DNA of 35,223 nt from Anaerolineae bacterium. Its GTDB lineage: Bacteria > Chloroflexota > Anaerolineae > Aggregatilineales > Phototrophicaceae. Shown here one piece after another: positions 26,187 through 35,120 of the stretch. The notes below the pieces were generated by a model. That model saw nothing but the letters and a program-made list of their open reading frames with translations, was not told where the DNA came from and searched no databases. Numbering within the stretch: position 1 is the stretch's first letter; the number at the start of each line of letters is the position of its first letter. The translations under genes and the position numbers were made by a program. The stretch lies in NCBI GenBank assembly GCA_034435735.1, contig DAOTWU010000437.1:1-35223 (forward strand). Reading direction: 5' to 3'.

Positions 26187-27018
26187 ATGGCTTTTCGGAC
26201 TAATCCTCATTCTAGTGAGTAGTTCCTGTGCAATTGTTCGTCATCAGCCTGTCTATAAATTAGCACTGCTCGCCCCATTTGAAGGGCGCTATCGTGAAGT
26301 GGGATATAACGCATTATATGCAGCAAGAATGGCGCTCCAGGATGCAGATGGGCGGATAACATTACTGCCTGTAGATGATGGAGGAAGCGCAGAAAATGCA
26401 CAATCGCGGGCCAAGGCGTTAGAGCTTGATACAAGCGTCATCGGGGTTATTGTTCTTGGGCCTCATGCCATACAGGAAAATATACTCACTGAATTCACAA
26501 CTTTACCGACTATTATCGTTGGGGAATGGGGCGCTCAACCGACATCACATGTTTTTATTGCCAGCAATCCGCTTATCCCAGATATGGCGACTATTTCCCT
26601 TAAAGCGGGGCTACTAGAAGCTGCGGCCTACACTGAACCTGTTATTGGCGGCGCTGTATTAGCGCTAGAACAATTTCCTGATTTAAGCCCAAATCCTACG
26701 CAGGCTACTATATTAAGCAGCAGTCTACTGCCCGATGAGGAATTTCGCCAACAATACATCTCAAGCGATATTTTTGTGCCAGAACCCAATTTATGGGCGA
26801 CACTCACATTTGATATTAGCAACTTTTTCGAGGAAGCAATCCACATTACCCCGACACGTGAAGGTGTTTATAAACACCTTTTGCTAGAGACGTATCGGGG
26901 CATTAATGGGGTTATTCACTTTGTCGATGGATATTGGCAAGATGCACCAATATATCGCTATGGCTACAATGACGAGGGAGTGCTAATTCCCCTGGATGAC
27001 ATCGTAGAAGAGCGGTAA
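26176..27018 (+). CDS. Lipoprotein with a truncated type-I periplasmic-binding-protein (LivK/LpoA-like) fold
   Basis: Start trimmed from 26023 to the ATG at 26176, which gives MGVKWLFGLILILVSSSC (signal peptide plus lipobox-like Cys). YKLALLAPFEGRYREVGYNALYAARMALQDADGRITLLPVDDGGSAENA and the C-terminal YRGINGVIHFVDG resemble the Leu/Ile/Val-binding-protein family. Overlaps the mltG 3' end by 11 nt. Confidence 0.55.
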   Translation: MGVKWLFGLILILVSSSCAIVRHQPVYKLALLAPFEGRYREVGYNALYAARMALQDADGRITLLPVDDGGSAENAQSRAKALELDTSVIGVIVLGPHAIQENILTEFTTLPTIIVGEWGAQPTSHVFIASNPLIPDMATISLKAGLLEAAAYTEPVIGGAVLALEQFPDLSPNPTQATILSSSLLPDEEFRQQYISSDIFVPEPNLWATLTFDISNFFEEAIHITPTREGVYKHLLLETYRGINGVIHFVDGYWQDAPIYRYGYNDEGVLIPLDDIVEER

Positions 27019-28302
27019 CGGTTCGGCTGGCTCTGGCTGGATTGTAACTGCTTGTTGAAGCACTGCACGCGCTTCAGCCACACGCTCCGTATCATTCCCA
27101 TGAATGGTGAATAATGTCTGGCCAGATTGAATTTCATCGCCAACATTGGGATGAACCAGAACACCTACTGCAAGGTCAACGGGGTCTCCTTTCTTCTCCC
27201 GCCCCGCCCCTAAAATTAATGCCGCCTGTGCCACTTTATCTGCACGAACTTCGGCAGCATAACCTGATTTTTCTGCGGTAAGTGTTTCGATAATGGATGC
27301 GGATGGCAGCTTATCAGGATTATCAACCATAGAGACATCCCCGCCTTGCACTTCTACCAAGCGGCGGAAAACCGCGAGGGCTTCGCCATTATCCAATTTG
27401 GATTCTAATAGCGCGCGGGTTTCATCCATATCTACCCACTTTTGCCCCCGCCCCGCAAGGCGCAACATATAAGCAGCGACCACTAGGCAATGCTCGCGCA
27501 AGTCTTCTGGCCCACCGCCGTTGAGCGCTTCAATCGCTTCTTTCACCTCTAGGGCATTACCAACTGCACAACCAAGCGGCTGATTCATGTCAGAGATAAG
27601 GGCAACCATATCTTTACCCGCATCAACGCCAATATCCACCATTGTTTGTGCTAAAATGCGGGCATCTTCCAATGTAGACATAAATGCTCCAGAACCCGTT
27701 TTGACATCGAGCACGATACCATTAGCGCCTGCTGCGATTTTCTTGCTCATGATACTGCCCGCAATTAAGGGAATGCTGGAAACAGTTGCAGTTACATCAC
27801 GAAGCGCATATAGCTTGCCATCGGCTGGCGCTAGCTCTCCTGTTTGACCGCAAAGGACAATATGGTGCTCCCGCACTTGCTGGCGAAACTGCTCTTCAGT
27901 GAGGTTAACATTATAGCCAGCAATGGACTCTAATTTATCTAGTGTGCCGCCAGTAAAGCCAAGACCGCGCCCACTCATTTTTGCAACAGGCACGCCACAA
28001 GCAACAACCAATGGCAACACAATCAGTGAAGTTTTATCACCAACACCACCAGAAGAATGTTTATCTACGGCATAGTCCAGACTATCTGATAAATCCATAA
28101 TATCGCCTGAATGCGCCATTGCTAAAGTGAGTTCAGCGGTTTCTTCGCGTGTCATACCACGAAACCAGACGGCCATAAGCCAAGCCGCTGCTTGGTAATC
28201 AGGTATATCACCAGCCGTATATCGCGAGATAAACCAGCGGATTTCCTCTGGGGTCAAAGCGAGGCCGTCACGTTTTTTTGCAATGATGTCTACAACTCGC
28301 AT
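26983..28302 (-). CDS. pdp: Pyrimidine-nucleoside (thymidine) phosphorylase
   Basis: 439 aa. MRVVDIIAKKRDG, DYQAAAWLMAVWFRGM, HSSGGVGDKTSL, SGRGLGFTGGTLDKLE. RBS GGAG lies 7 nt upstream. The 3' end overlaps the convergent lipoprotein gene by 36 nt. Confidence 0.92.
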   Translation of the reverse strand: MRVVDIIAKKRDGLALTPEEIRWFISRYTAGDIPDYQAAAWLMAVWFRGMTREETAELTLAMAHSGDIMDLSDSLDYAVDKHSSGGVGDKTSLIVLPLVVACGVPVAKMSGRGLGFTGGTLDKLESIAGYNVNLTEEQFRQQVREHHIVLCGQTGELAPADGKLYALRDVTATVSSIPLIAGSIMSKKIAAGANGIVLDVKTGSGAFMSTLEDARILAQTMVDIGVDAGKDMVALISDMNQPLGCAVGNALEVKEAIEALNGGGPEDLREHCLVVAAYMLRLAGRGQKWVDMDETRALLESKLDNGEALAVFRRLVEVQGGDVSMVDNPDKLPSASIIETLTAEKSGYAAEVRADKVAQAALILGAGREKKGDPVDLAVGVLVHPNVGDEIQSGQTLFTIHGNDTERVAEARAVLQQAVTIQPEPAEPLPLFYDVIQGN

Positions 28303-28478
28303 GATTTTGCTCCAACACAGGATAAAGTTAAGGGATGCTTTTATACCATATTACGTCTAAGACGCCGACAAATTCGAGCGAATCTGTAATTGAACTTTTA
28401 CAACTAGCGGGGATAATTGTGAAGTATCAGGTATAAGAAATTAGCATGTAAAAAGTCATATCAACGAGGAAAAGAGAC

Positions 28479-29192
28479 GTGACCGAAAACAATCGCAAAA
28501 CTTTCGTTATTTTTCTGACCACATTTGTCTTCGCTATTGGGGCGGCTGTTGCGTTTATTGCACTGTCTAGCCAGCAATCGTTAGGCGAACCAGGCGCCGC
28601 AACAGAAGGTTTGCATCAGGAACGGTTGGAAGATGGTGGGTTTATTTTAGGCGATCCGGATGCACCAATTACCATTGTTGCCTTTGAAGATTTCCTTTGC
28701 CCCCATTGCCAACAATATGAGTCTACGTTGAAACAGATCATTGAAGAGTATGTCGCAACAGGGCAAGCGCGGTTTGAATATCGCATGTTTACTATCGTCA
28801 ACCCAACATTCTCCCCGCTCTCTGCGCAGTTGGTTGAATGTGCTGAAGAACTGCAACCTGGCTCATTTTGGGAAGCTCATGATGTCATGTTCAACATTAC
28901 TAGCAGCTCAAACTTCGCAGCTAACGGTGCGCGGCGTTTTGCACAGGAAATGGGGCTGAACTATAGCGACCTGCTGGCATGCACAGAGGATGCCAATCAA
29001 TACCAAGTGGATTCAGAATTGGCCAACCAATTAGGCGCAACGGGCACCCCCAGTGTGTTTGTGCGTTACAAAACAGAAGATGGTCTCAGTGACCCGCAGT
29101 GGATTGAATTCGGCGGGCAGACATTCAACCGCGGTGGCGTGCCCTACGATGTTTTATCTTTTGTCATTCAGGAAGCCAACGCCAGAGATTAG
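28479..29192 (+). CDS. DsbA-family thiol:disulfide oxidoreductase, membrane-anchored
   Basis: GTG start behind GAGGA. N-terminal TM helix, and a thioredoxin-fold CPHC active site in FEDFLCPHCQQYE. GTPSVFV cis-Pro-loop-like block. Confidence 0.8.
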   Translation: MTENNRKTFVIFLTTFVFAIGAAVAFIALSSQQSLGEPGAATEGLHQERLEDGGFILGDPDAPITIVAFEDFLCPHCQQYESTLKQIIEEYVATGQARFEYRMFTIVNPTFSPLSAQLVECAEELQPGSFWEAHDVMFNITSSSNFAANGARRFAQEMGLNYSDLLACTEDANQYQVDSELANQLGATGTPSVFVRYKTEDGLSDPQWIEFGGQTFNRGGVPYDVLSFVIQEANARD

Positions 29193-29214
29193 CTCGCTCT
29201 AAAATCAACGATAC

Positions 29215-29249
29215 GCCCCTGCCATATTTGACAGGGGCTATTTTATTTC
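29215..29249 (+). terminator. Intrinsic terminator after the dsbA-like gene
   Basis: GCCCCTG (29215-29221) / CAGGGGC (29232-29238) stem with a 10-nt loop, followed by TATTTTATTT. Confidence 0.6.
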
Positions 29250-30176
29250 TCAAGATGCGATAGGGTCGGTACTCGTGACAAGCTGCACACCGTGTTCGGC
29301 AAAGCGGGCAAAGGTTTCGTTCGCTATTGCTTCAAAATCAATTTCTGGATGCACTACTGAAGACATGCAATCCGTCAACAAGTGAATACGGGAAAGCGCT
29401 CCGTCACCCTCACCCATATGCCGCACTAGTGAAGCCACCGTCTCTAAAACACAATGACTTTTCGCTTGACCAGCAACATATATCACATCATGGGATTTGA
29501 GCATGTTGAGAAATTCAACATTCAGCACCCCCATAGGATTGCCTTCAACCTTAACTTCTGGCTCAAGAATGGAATAATGCTCGGTTTTGGGCAGCGTGCC
29601 TTTAGTTAAGAATTGTGGCTGGGTGCGGCGAGCAGCAGCATGAAAAGCAATCGCTTCATAGAGCGCAGGGGTAAGTGCATGGCCAGGTGTTCCGATGAGG
29701 GTGTGATAAGGCCAAATCATCAATAATTTCTTTGCTTGTTCTTCTAACCGTTCTACATACTCGCGCGACCAAGCTTCTTCATATAAAGGCCGCCATTTGC
29801 CCGACTGCACATCTTGAACCGAAATAGGTGTAAAAGGCGCTGGATGGTTACCATCTTCATCTACCCACCATGTTGGGAAGAAAATTTGTAGCGGGATGTG
29901 GCTATCAAGGGATGCAGCTATGGTTGTAATTTGGTTGACATGGCGATAAATCCACTCGACGGTACGCCGTGTGTCATCTACCGCACCCGGCACACTTAAC
30001 GCGCCATCCTCATGAACAAAGTCCACCTGAACATCAACCAGCAATAAGGCGATACGAACTTTATCTTCTGATGCAGGCGAAACATTGGCATTTACACCTG
30101 CATCAACTGCCTGAGCAGTATTGGGAATGAAAAGTTGCCCAACCCGATTGGGGTTGTAAAATTGTGGAAATTCCAT
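29250..30176 (-). CDS. Isochorismatase-family cysteine hydrolase, long nicotinamidase-like form
   Basis: IALLLVDVQVDFVHEDGALSVPGA (catalytic Asp block) and YVAGQAKSHCVLET (catalytic Cys block). Start set to the ATG at 30176 (MEFPQFYNP), 6 nt after GGAGG. The tracked ATG at 30182 directly abuts the RBS. Confidence 0.7.
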   Translation of the reverse strand: MEFPQFYNPNRVGQLFIPNTAQAVDAGVNANVSPASEDKVRIALLLVDVQVDFVHEDGALSVPGAVDDTRRTVEWIYRHVNQITTIAASLDSHIPLQIFFPTWWVDEDGNHPAPFTPISVQDVQSGKWRPLYEEAWSREYVERLEEQAKKLLMIWPYHTLIGTPGHALTPALYEAIAFHAAARRTQPQFLTKGTLPKTEHYSILEPEVKVEGNPMGVLNVEFLNMLKSHDVIYVAGQAKSHCVLETVASLVRHMGEGDGALSRIHLLTDCMSSVVHPEIDFEAIANETFARFAEHGVQLVTSTDPIAS

Positions 30177-30315
30177 CAACATCCTCCGACACAGTTTAGC
30201 CTGTAACCCAAAGCAAGTATAACCTACCTCTTCAAATGGTAGGGAGTGTCTGATTGCAGCAGAATTTCGCTATAATGATGGCACACTAATAACTACAACG
30301 ATGAAAGGATTGTTT

Positions 30316-31359
30316 ATGCGCACTGTGGATTGGGTTGATGGCCGTGTCCAGATGATTGACCAGAAGCAAATTCCGTGGAAATTAGAAATTGTCTATTTTG
30401 ATGACTACAAAGCGGTAGCAGCAGGTATTACTGATATGACTGTACGGGGTGCACCTGCGATTGGCGCGGCAGCAGCCTTTGGTCTCGCACTTGCGGCTCA
30501 ACAAAGCTCCGCACAAAGTATCACAGCCTTGTTAGAAGATTTAGCACAAGCGGCAGAGGTGTTAAAAGCTGCCCGCCCAACAGCGGTCAATTTGGCTTGG
30601 GCAGTGGATAAACTTATGGCCCTAGCGAAAGAAGGCGCTTACACCGATGCCGATGCTTTACGGGAGGCATTACTCACTGCAGCAAAGCAAATTGCTGATG
30701 ATGATGTTGAGACCAACCGCCGTATGGGAGCAAACGGGGCAACACTGATTAAAGATGGGTTCACGATTTTGCATCATTGCAATACAGGAGCACTAGCTAC
30801 TGTAGACTATGGCACAGCTTTGGGAGTAGTTCGAGCGGCTTTTGAACAAGGGAAGAAAATCCATGTATTACTCGATGAAACACGCCCCCGCTTGCAAGGT
30901 GCACGGTTAAGCGCGTGGGAATTAGAACAGCTCGGCGTTAGCTACGACATCATTCCAGATACAGCGGCGGGCTATTATATGCAAAAAGGCGAAATTGATA
31001 TTGTGCTCGTTGGTGCAGACCGCATTGCTGCCAATGGCGATGTTGCTAATAAAATCGGCACATATCAGATAGCTGTATTGGCCAAAGAAAATGGCATTCC
31101 ATTCTATACTGTCGCGCCAACTTCCACTATTGACCTTTCGCTAAGCAGTGGCGCGGAAATCCCAATTGAACAACGTGACCCAGCAGAAGTCACAACCCCT
31201 TATGGCAACCCTATTGTGCCGCCACATTTCAAAGCGCGTAATCCAGCGTTTGATGTCACACCCAACCGATATGTGAGTGGCATTGTCACCGAAAACGGTA
31301 TTGCTCGCCCGCCGTATGTCGACAGCCTTAAGCGAGTTGTAGCGGGCGAGAAGGTTTAG
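30316..31359 (+). CDS. mtnA: S-methyl-5-thioribose-1-phosphate isomerase (eIF-2B alpha/beta/delta family)
   Basis: RGAPAIGAAAAFG, HCNTGALAT, DETRPRLQGARL, VGADRIAANGDVANKIGTY, NPAFDVTP. Start taken at the ATG at 30316 behind AAAGGA. The ATG at 30301 is an alternative. Confidence 0.85.
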   Translation: MRTVDWVDGRVQMIDQKQIPWKLEIVYFDDYKAVAAGITDMTVRGAPAIGAAAAFGLALAAQQSSAQSITALLEDLAQAAEVLKAARPTAVNLAWAVDKLMALAKEGAYTDADALREALLTAAKQIADDDVETNRRMGANGATLIKDGFTILHHCNTGALATVDYGTALGVVRAAFEQGKKIHVLLDETRPRLQGARLSAWELEQLGVSYDIIPDTAAGYYMQKGEIDIVLVGADRIAANGDVANKIGTYQIAVLAKENGIPFYTVAPTSTIDLSLSSGAEIPIEQRDPAEVTTPYGNPIVPPHFKARNPAFDVTPNRYVSGIVTENGIARPPYVDSLKRVVAGEKV

Positions 31360-31361
31360 TG

Positions 31362-32690
31362 TTATTGCCAGAAATTAGATGGCAAATTTAACGGATGTAG
31401 GGGGCGCTTACCAGTATATTCAAGCGTCTCCCATCCTTTTTCAAAAAGCATGACATAATCGGCATAATCCCCATCAGGCGATATTTGCCATTCTGCAATA
31501 CCACGCAGTTCTAAGCGACCTTGTGCCCGCTTCATGTTAATGACAAACGGTAGTCGTTCATAAAGCGCCCGCACAACACCGGTATCAGCAGGTGCGGCGC
31601 GCTGTGCAATCATGGTTAAAGCACTGCGTAAGCGCTTAGTAACTGAGGGGCCACGAAAAGCCCAAATCTGACGTGGGGCGTCGGCTTGGGTTAACAGCGG
31701 TGCGATAGCTTCAGGCTCATCAGCACGCACTTCATCAAGAGCAATACAAGAAGGTTTTTTACTGAGTGCTATACCAATTTGTTGCCCCCATGTCATACCA
31801 CTCTCTTCGCCATGAGGCCACTGGGCAACCAATGACTCAGCACTAGCGGGCAAGCGCAACTCGCCAGCACGTTCTACCGCGATAAGGCCTTTGGCTTCGG
31901 GCAAACGTTGTAATAACGCATTAAGTAAGGTGGTCTTTCCTGATTCGGTATCCCCTACAATGACAAAACCATAAGCCGATTGAACGAGTGCATCTAGAAA
32001 TTGGGCGGCTTCTTCTGTCAATAAACCACCAGCAGTTAAATCCTCTAATGTGAGTACCTGCTTTGGATGAACGCGAATATCAGCAGTAAGCTGTACGGTC
32101 ACTGGTGGTGAGGCGGTGCTCACCCGCACAGGGCGGCCTTCTACAACAAGTCCAGCTTCAATAATTGGCTCATCGTCACGCAACTCTGCTCCAGCATGGC
32201 GTAGCAAACGGGAAACCACATCACGCATATGCGGCATATCTTCAAAGAGTGGGCCAATTACCTCCAAATCACCATGCCCACGTCTTACAGAAACTTTATC
32301 TGCCCCTTCTAAAGCGATAGTAGTAATAGTTTCATCTTCAAATAGAGCATCTAAGGGGCCATAACCAAAAATTTCCGCATAAGCCTGCCGAATCACATCC
32401 GCCTGCTCTTCTAGCGAAAGCTGTACAGACTCTACAGCAATCACATATAAAGCTGTTTCGCGCACTAATTTAAGCCTATCTGCTTTTGTTTTGGCGGCAC
32501 TTAAATGGGCATCATCAACGGCAAATTCCTGTAAAAACTGGGCAATAATGCGTTCCACCAAAGCTGCACGGGAAACGAGCCGAGAGCCTAAACGGCTTTC
32601 TAACCACTCTGGTTCGCGCTCTGGTTTTTTAGGTATAGGATGTTCGTCTTGAGGTGGGGGCTGGTCTTTTTTGCCATTATTATCACTCAT
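31362..32690 (-). CDS. Orphan CpaF/VirB11-like (T2SSE-superfamily) ATPase with degenerate C-terminal motifs
   Basis: CpaF-like layout: EIFGYGPLDALFEDETITTIALEG, then Walker A VIVGDTESGKTTLLNAL. The Asp-box reads VERAGEL, Walker B reads CIALDEVR, and no His-box (TGH...T.HA) is visible. The ATG overlaps the NAPRT stop (ATGA). Confidence 0.7.
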   Translation of the reverse strand: MSDNNGKKDQPPPQDEHPIPKKPEREPEWLESRLGSRLVSRAALVERIIAQFLQEFAVDDAHLSAAKTKADRLKLVRETALYVIAVESVQLSLEEQADVIRQAYAEIFGYGPLDALFEDETITTIALEGADKVSVRRGHGDLEVIGPLFEDMPHMRDVVSRLLRHAGAELRDDEPIIEAGLVVEGRPVRVSTASPPVTVQLTADIRVHPKQVLTLEDLTAGGLLTEEAAQFLDALVQSAYGFVIVGDTESGKTTLLNALLQRLPEAKGLIAVERAGELRLPASAESLVAQWPHGEESGMTWGQQIGIALSKKPSCIALDEVRADEPEAIAPLLTQADAPRQIWAFRGPSVTKRLRSALTMIAQRAAPADTGVVRALYERLPFVINMKRAQGRLELRGIAEWQISPDGDYADYVMLFEKGWETLEYTGKRPLHPLNLPSNFWQ

Positions 32691-34042
32691 TGCACATCCT
32701 CGTAGTCTTCCCAGTTGACGGGGCGTAAATCTGGATTATCGCAAGGCTGACGACCAACTTTCGCCATTTCTACCCAATCACCATCAATTTTGATGCGTAC
32801 AACATCCATGGTGAAATCGGTATTAGTTGTTTTGTCGTTCGACAAAAAGGTTGAGCCAACACCATAAGCGTCGACTGGTGCTTTCACCGATTCAAAATGG
32901 GCGATGCGCTCCCGATTAAAACCACCAGAAACAACAATTTGTACCTGACGGCAATAATCACGGGCAAGGTCGGTGTAAGCGGATGGTACATCCCAAGATT
33001 CCCATGCTGTGTTAATGGCTTCACGCAATAAACTCACCAACTGCGGGTTAACACCCTTTGGACCATCTGGTTCAAGAGACACATCACGCAGGGCGCTGCT
33101 GGTATCTAACCGAACACCATTCAGCCGCCACCGCCGCATTTCCACATCATCGCCATTTTGATAAGCAGCAAAGTAATGAGGCCAGAACGCTTCTAAAGTC
33201 TGGCGAGTCGTGGTCAATGTATCGTTATTGAAATCGACAAGCGCAATACGCGGCACTTCTACAGGAATATAACGGGCGAAGTTCACCATCGCTTCCGCAG
33301 TATCCGCCATAAAACAGGCAATTAGCGCATGTGGCACAGTACCACCACCACGCCCGCCCCACCAGGCAGCTTGTGCATCTGTACTGACAATCGGGCGCAT
33401 TTGCTGGTTAAAATCAGCGTTATAACGCTGTACAGCCAGCCAATACGCATATCCATCTAATTCTTGAACAGCAGGTAAATCAAAGCGAGCGGGGAAAAAT
33501 AAAACAGGCTTACCATTAGAGACTTCTAAAACATCGTAAACATTGGTGGCGATGCGACTAGCGCGAGTGAGCACCCCTAAAATAGGTGTCTCCAGTATGG
33601 CAAAATCACGGTAGCGCCCCCGTATAATCAAGACTGTGTGCACATTCATCGGGTCGCCATCATAATGCGTCATTATGCCATCTTCTACAGCACGAACATC
33701 TAACTGATGATATGTTTCTACAAAATCACCTTCATCACGCCAATAACCTGTGGCATAGCGTAACATCGCAAGCGCAACATCTGTGCCAGCAATTAAAGAG
33801 CGTGGAGCACGGCGGTTGAAAATCTGTGCTTCCACCTCAATATCGCCCACTGCGACAGCTTGCAGGTTAGACCCTATAGCACGGGCATAATGGCCTTCGT
33901 ATGTATATCCATTTTTCGATAAAGCAGAGAGGATGCGCACAACATTTTCAAAATATTTATCGGTATAATAACCGCGGCGCAGCCCATCAATATCTAACTT
34001 GAAATAACGGTTATTTAAGCGTTTATCGTCAAATAGAGACAT
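32687..34042 (-). CDS. pncB: Nicotinate phosphoribosyltransferase (type II PRTase, long form)
   Basis: 451 aa. N-terminal YYTDKYF, central GGGTVPHALI, C-terminal VVSGGFNRERI and DAYGVGS blocks typical of NAPRT-family enzymes. RBS AAGGGAG lies 7 nt upstream. Confidence 0.82.
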   Translation of the reverse strand: MSLFDDKRLNNRYFKLDIDGLRRGYYTDKYFENVVRILSALSKNGYTYEGHYARAIGSNLQAVAVGDIEVEAQIFNRRAPRSLIAGTDVALAMLRYATGYWRDEGDFVETYHQLDVRAVEDGIMTHYDGDPMNVHTVLIIRGRYRDFAILETPILGVLTRASRIATNVYDVLEVSNGKPVLFFPARFDLPAVQELDGYAYWLAVQRYNADFNQQMRPIVSTDAQAAWWGGRGGGTVPHALIACFMADTAEAMVNFARYIPVEVPRIALVDFNNDTLTTTRQTLEAFWPHYFAAYQNGDDVEMRRWRLNGVRLDTSSALRDVSLEPDGPKGVNPQLVSLLREAINTAWESWDVPSAYTDLARDYCRQVQIVVSGGFNRERIAHFESVKAPVDAYGVGSTFLSNDKTTNTDFTMDVVRIKIDGDWVEMAKVGRQPCDNPDLRPVNWEDYEDVQ

Positions 34043-34095
34043 CTAACAGCTCCCTTATCACGCAAAATCCATTATACAGTAGCGCTTTAAGACTG

Positions 34096-34104
34096 TGGTA
34101 TACT
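34096..34104 (+). promoter_or_regulatory. Candidate extended -10 promoter element for the PfkB kinase gene
   Basis: TGgTATACT, about 40 nt upstream of the ATG at 34146. The -35 is weak. Confidence 0.35.
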
Positions 34105-34145
34105 GCTAGCCGCATTAACAATAGCACAAACCATCGGGATGACAC

Positions 34146-35120
34146 ATGGAAATTATCGCAACAGGTTCAATCGCATATGACTACCTCATGCGCTTTCCGG
34201 GGCGCTTTGTTGAGCATATCATTCCTGAGGAATTACATCAGGTAAGCCTGAGTTTTCTAGTAGATGATATGACTCGCCATTGGGGTGGTGTAGCAGCTAA
34301 TATCGCTTATAGTATGGCGTTGCTGGGTCTGCGGCCAAAACTTATGGGTACAGTGGGGCGCGATTTCCCAGATTACCGTAAACGGTTAGAGTCCGTTGGT
34401 GTAGATACAAGCACCGTCATTCAAATTGACGAGGTTTTCACAGCTTCGTTCTTTGTCAACACAGACCTGGACAATAACCAGATTGCTTCGTTCTATGCGG
34501 GCGCTATGGGACTGGCGGGCAAATACTCTCTCGCTGATGTATACGACGGTAAACCAGACCTGGTTATCATTTCGCCAAACTCACCGAATGCTATGTTGAA
34601 CTTGGCGAAAGAATGCCAAGAGCGCGATATTCGTTTCATTTATGACCCCAGCCAACAAGTACCGCGCCTGAGTGGTGAAGATTTGCGCCGCAGCATGCAG
34701 GGCGCATATATGATGATTGTGAATGCTTATGAATCACAAATCATCCAGAAGAAAACAGGCATGACGCTCAATGATTTGCGCGATGCTATTGAGTTACTGG
34801 TTGTAACTCATGGCAAAGATGGAGCACTCATCTATACCAATGGTGACATTATTGAAGTGCCCGTTTTCCCTGTTGAAGAAATTAAAGACCCAACAGGTGT
34901 TGGTGATGCTTTCCGCGCTGGCTTCATTCGGGGCATTGCCGCAGAACTCCCGTTGCAACTAGCGGGGCAAATGGGGTCATTGTGCGCGGCTTATGTACTA
35001 GAGCAAGTCGGCACACAAACACATAGTTTCACCCCAGCAGAGTTCGTCGAACGCTTCCGTACGCATTTTGATGACAACAAGCAATTAGATGTCTTGTTGC
35101 AATCAACCCCAACTGCTTAA
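34146..35120 (+). CDS. PfkB-family carbohydrate/nucleoside kinase (adenosine-kinase-like)
   Basis: 324 aa. N-terminal GSIAYDY...GGVAANIAY and C-terminal DPTGVGDAFRAGF (the DTxGAGD-type catalytic motif of ribokinase/PfkB kinases). Confidence 0.85.
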   Translation: MEIIATGSIAYDYLMRFPGRFVEHIIPEELHQVSLSFLVDDMTRHWGGVAANIAYSMALLGLRPKLMGTVGRDFPDYRKRLESVGVDTSTVIQIDEVFTASFFVNTDLDNNQIASFYAGAMGLAGKYSLADVYDGKPDLVIISPNSPNAMLNLAKECQERDIRFIYDPSQQVPRLSGEDLRRSMQGAYMMIVNAYESQIIQKKTGMTLNDLRDAIELLVVTHGKDGALIYTNGDIIEVPVFPVEEIKDPTGVGDAFRAGFIRGIAAELPLQLAGQMGSLCAAYVLEQVGTQTHSFTPAEFVERFRTHFDDNKQLDVLLQSTPTA

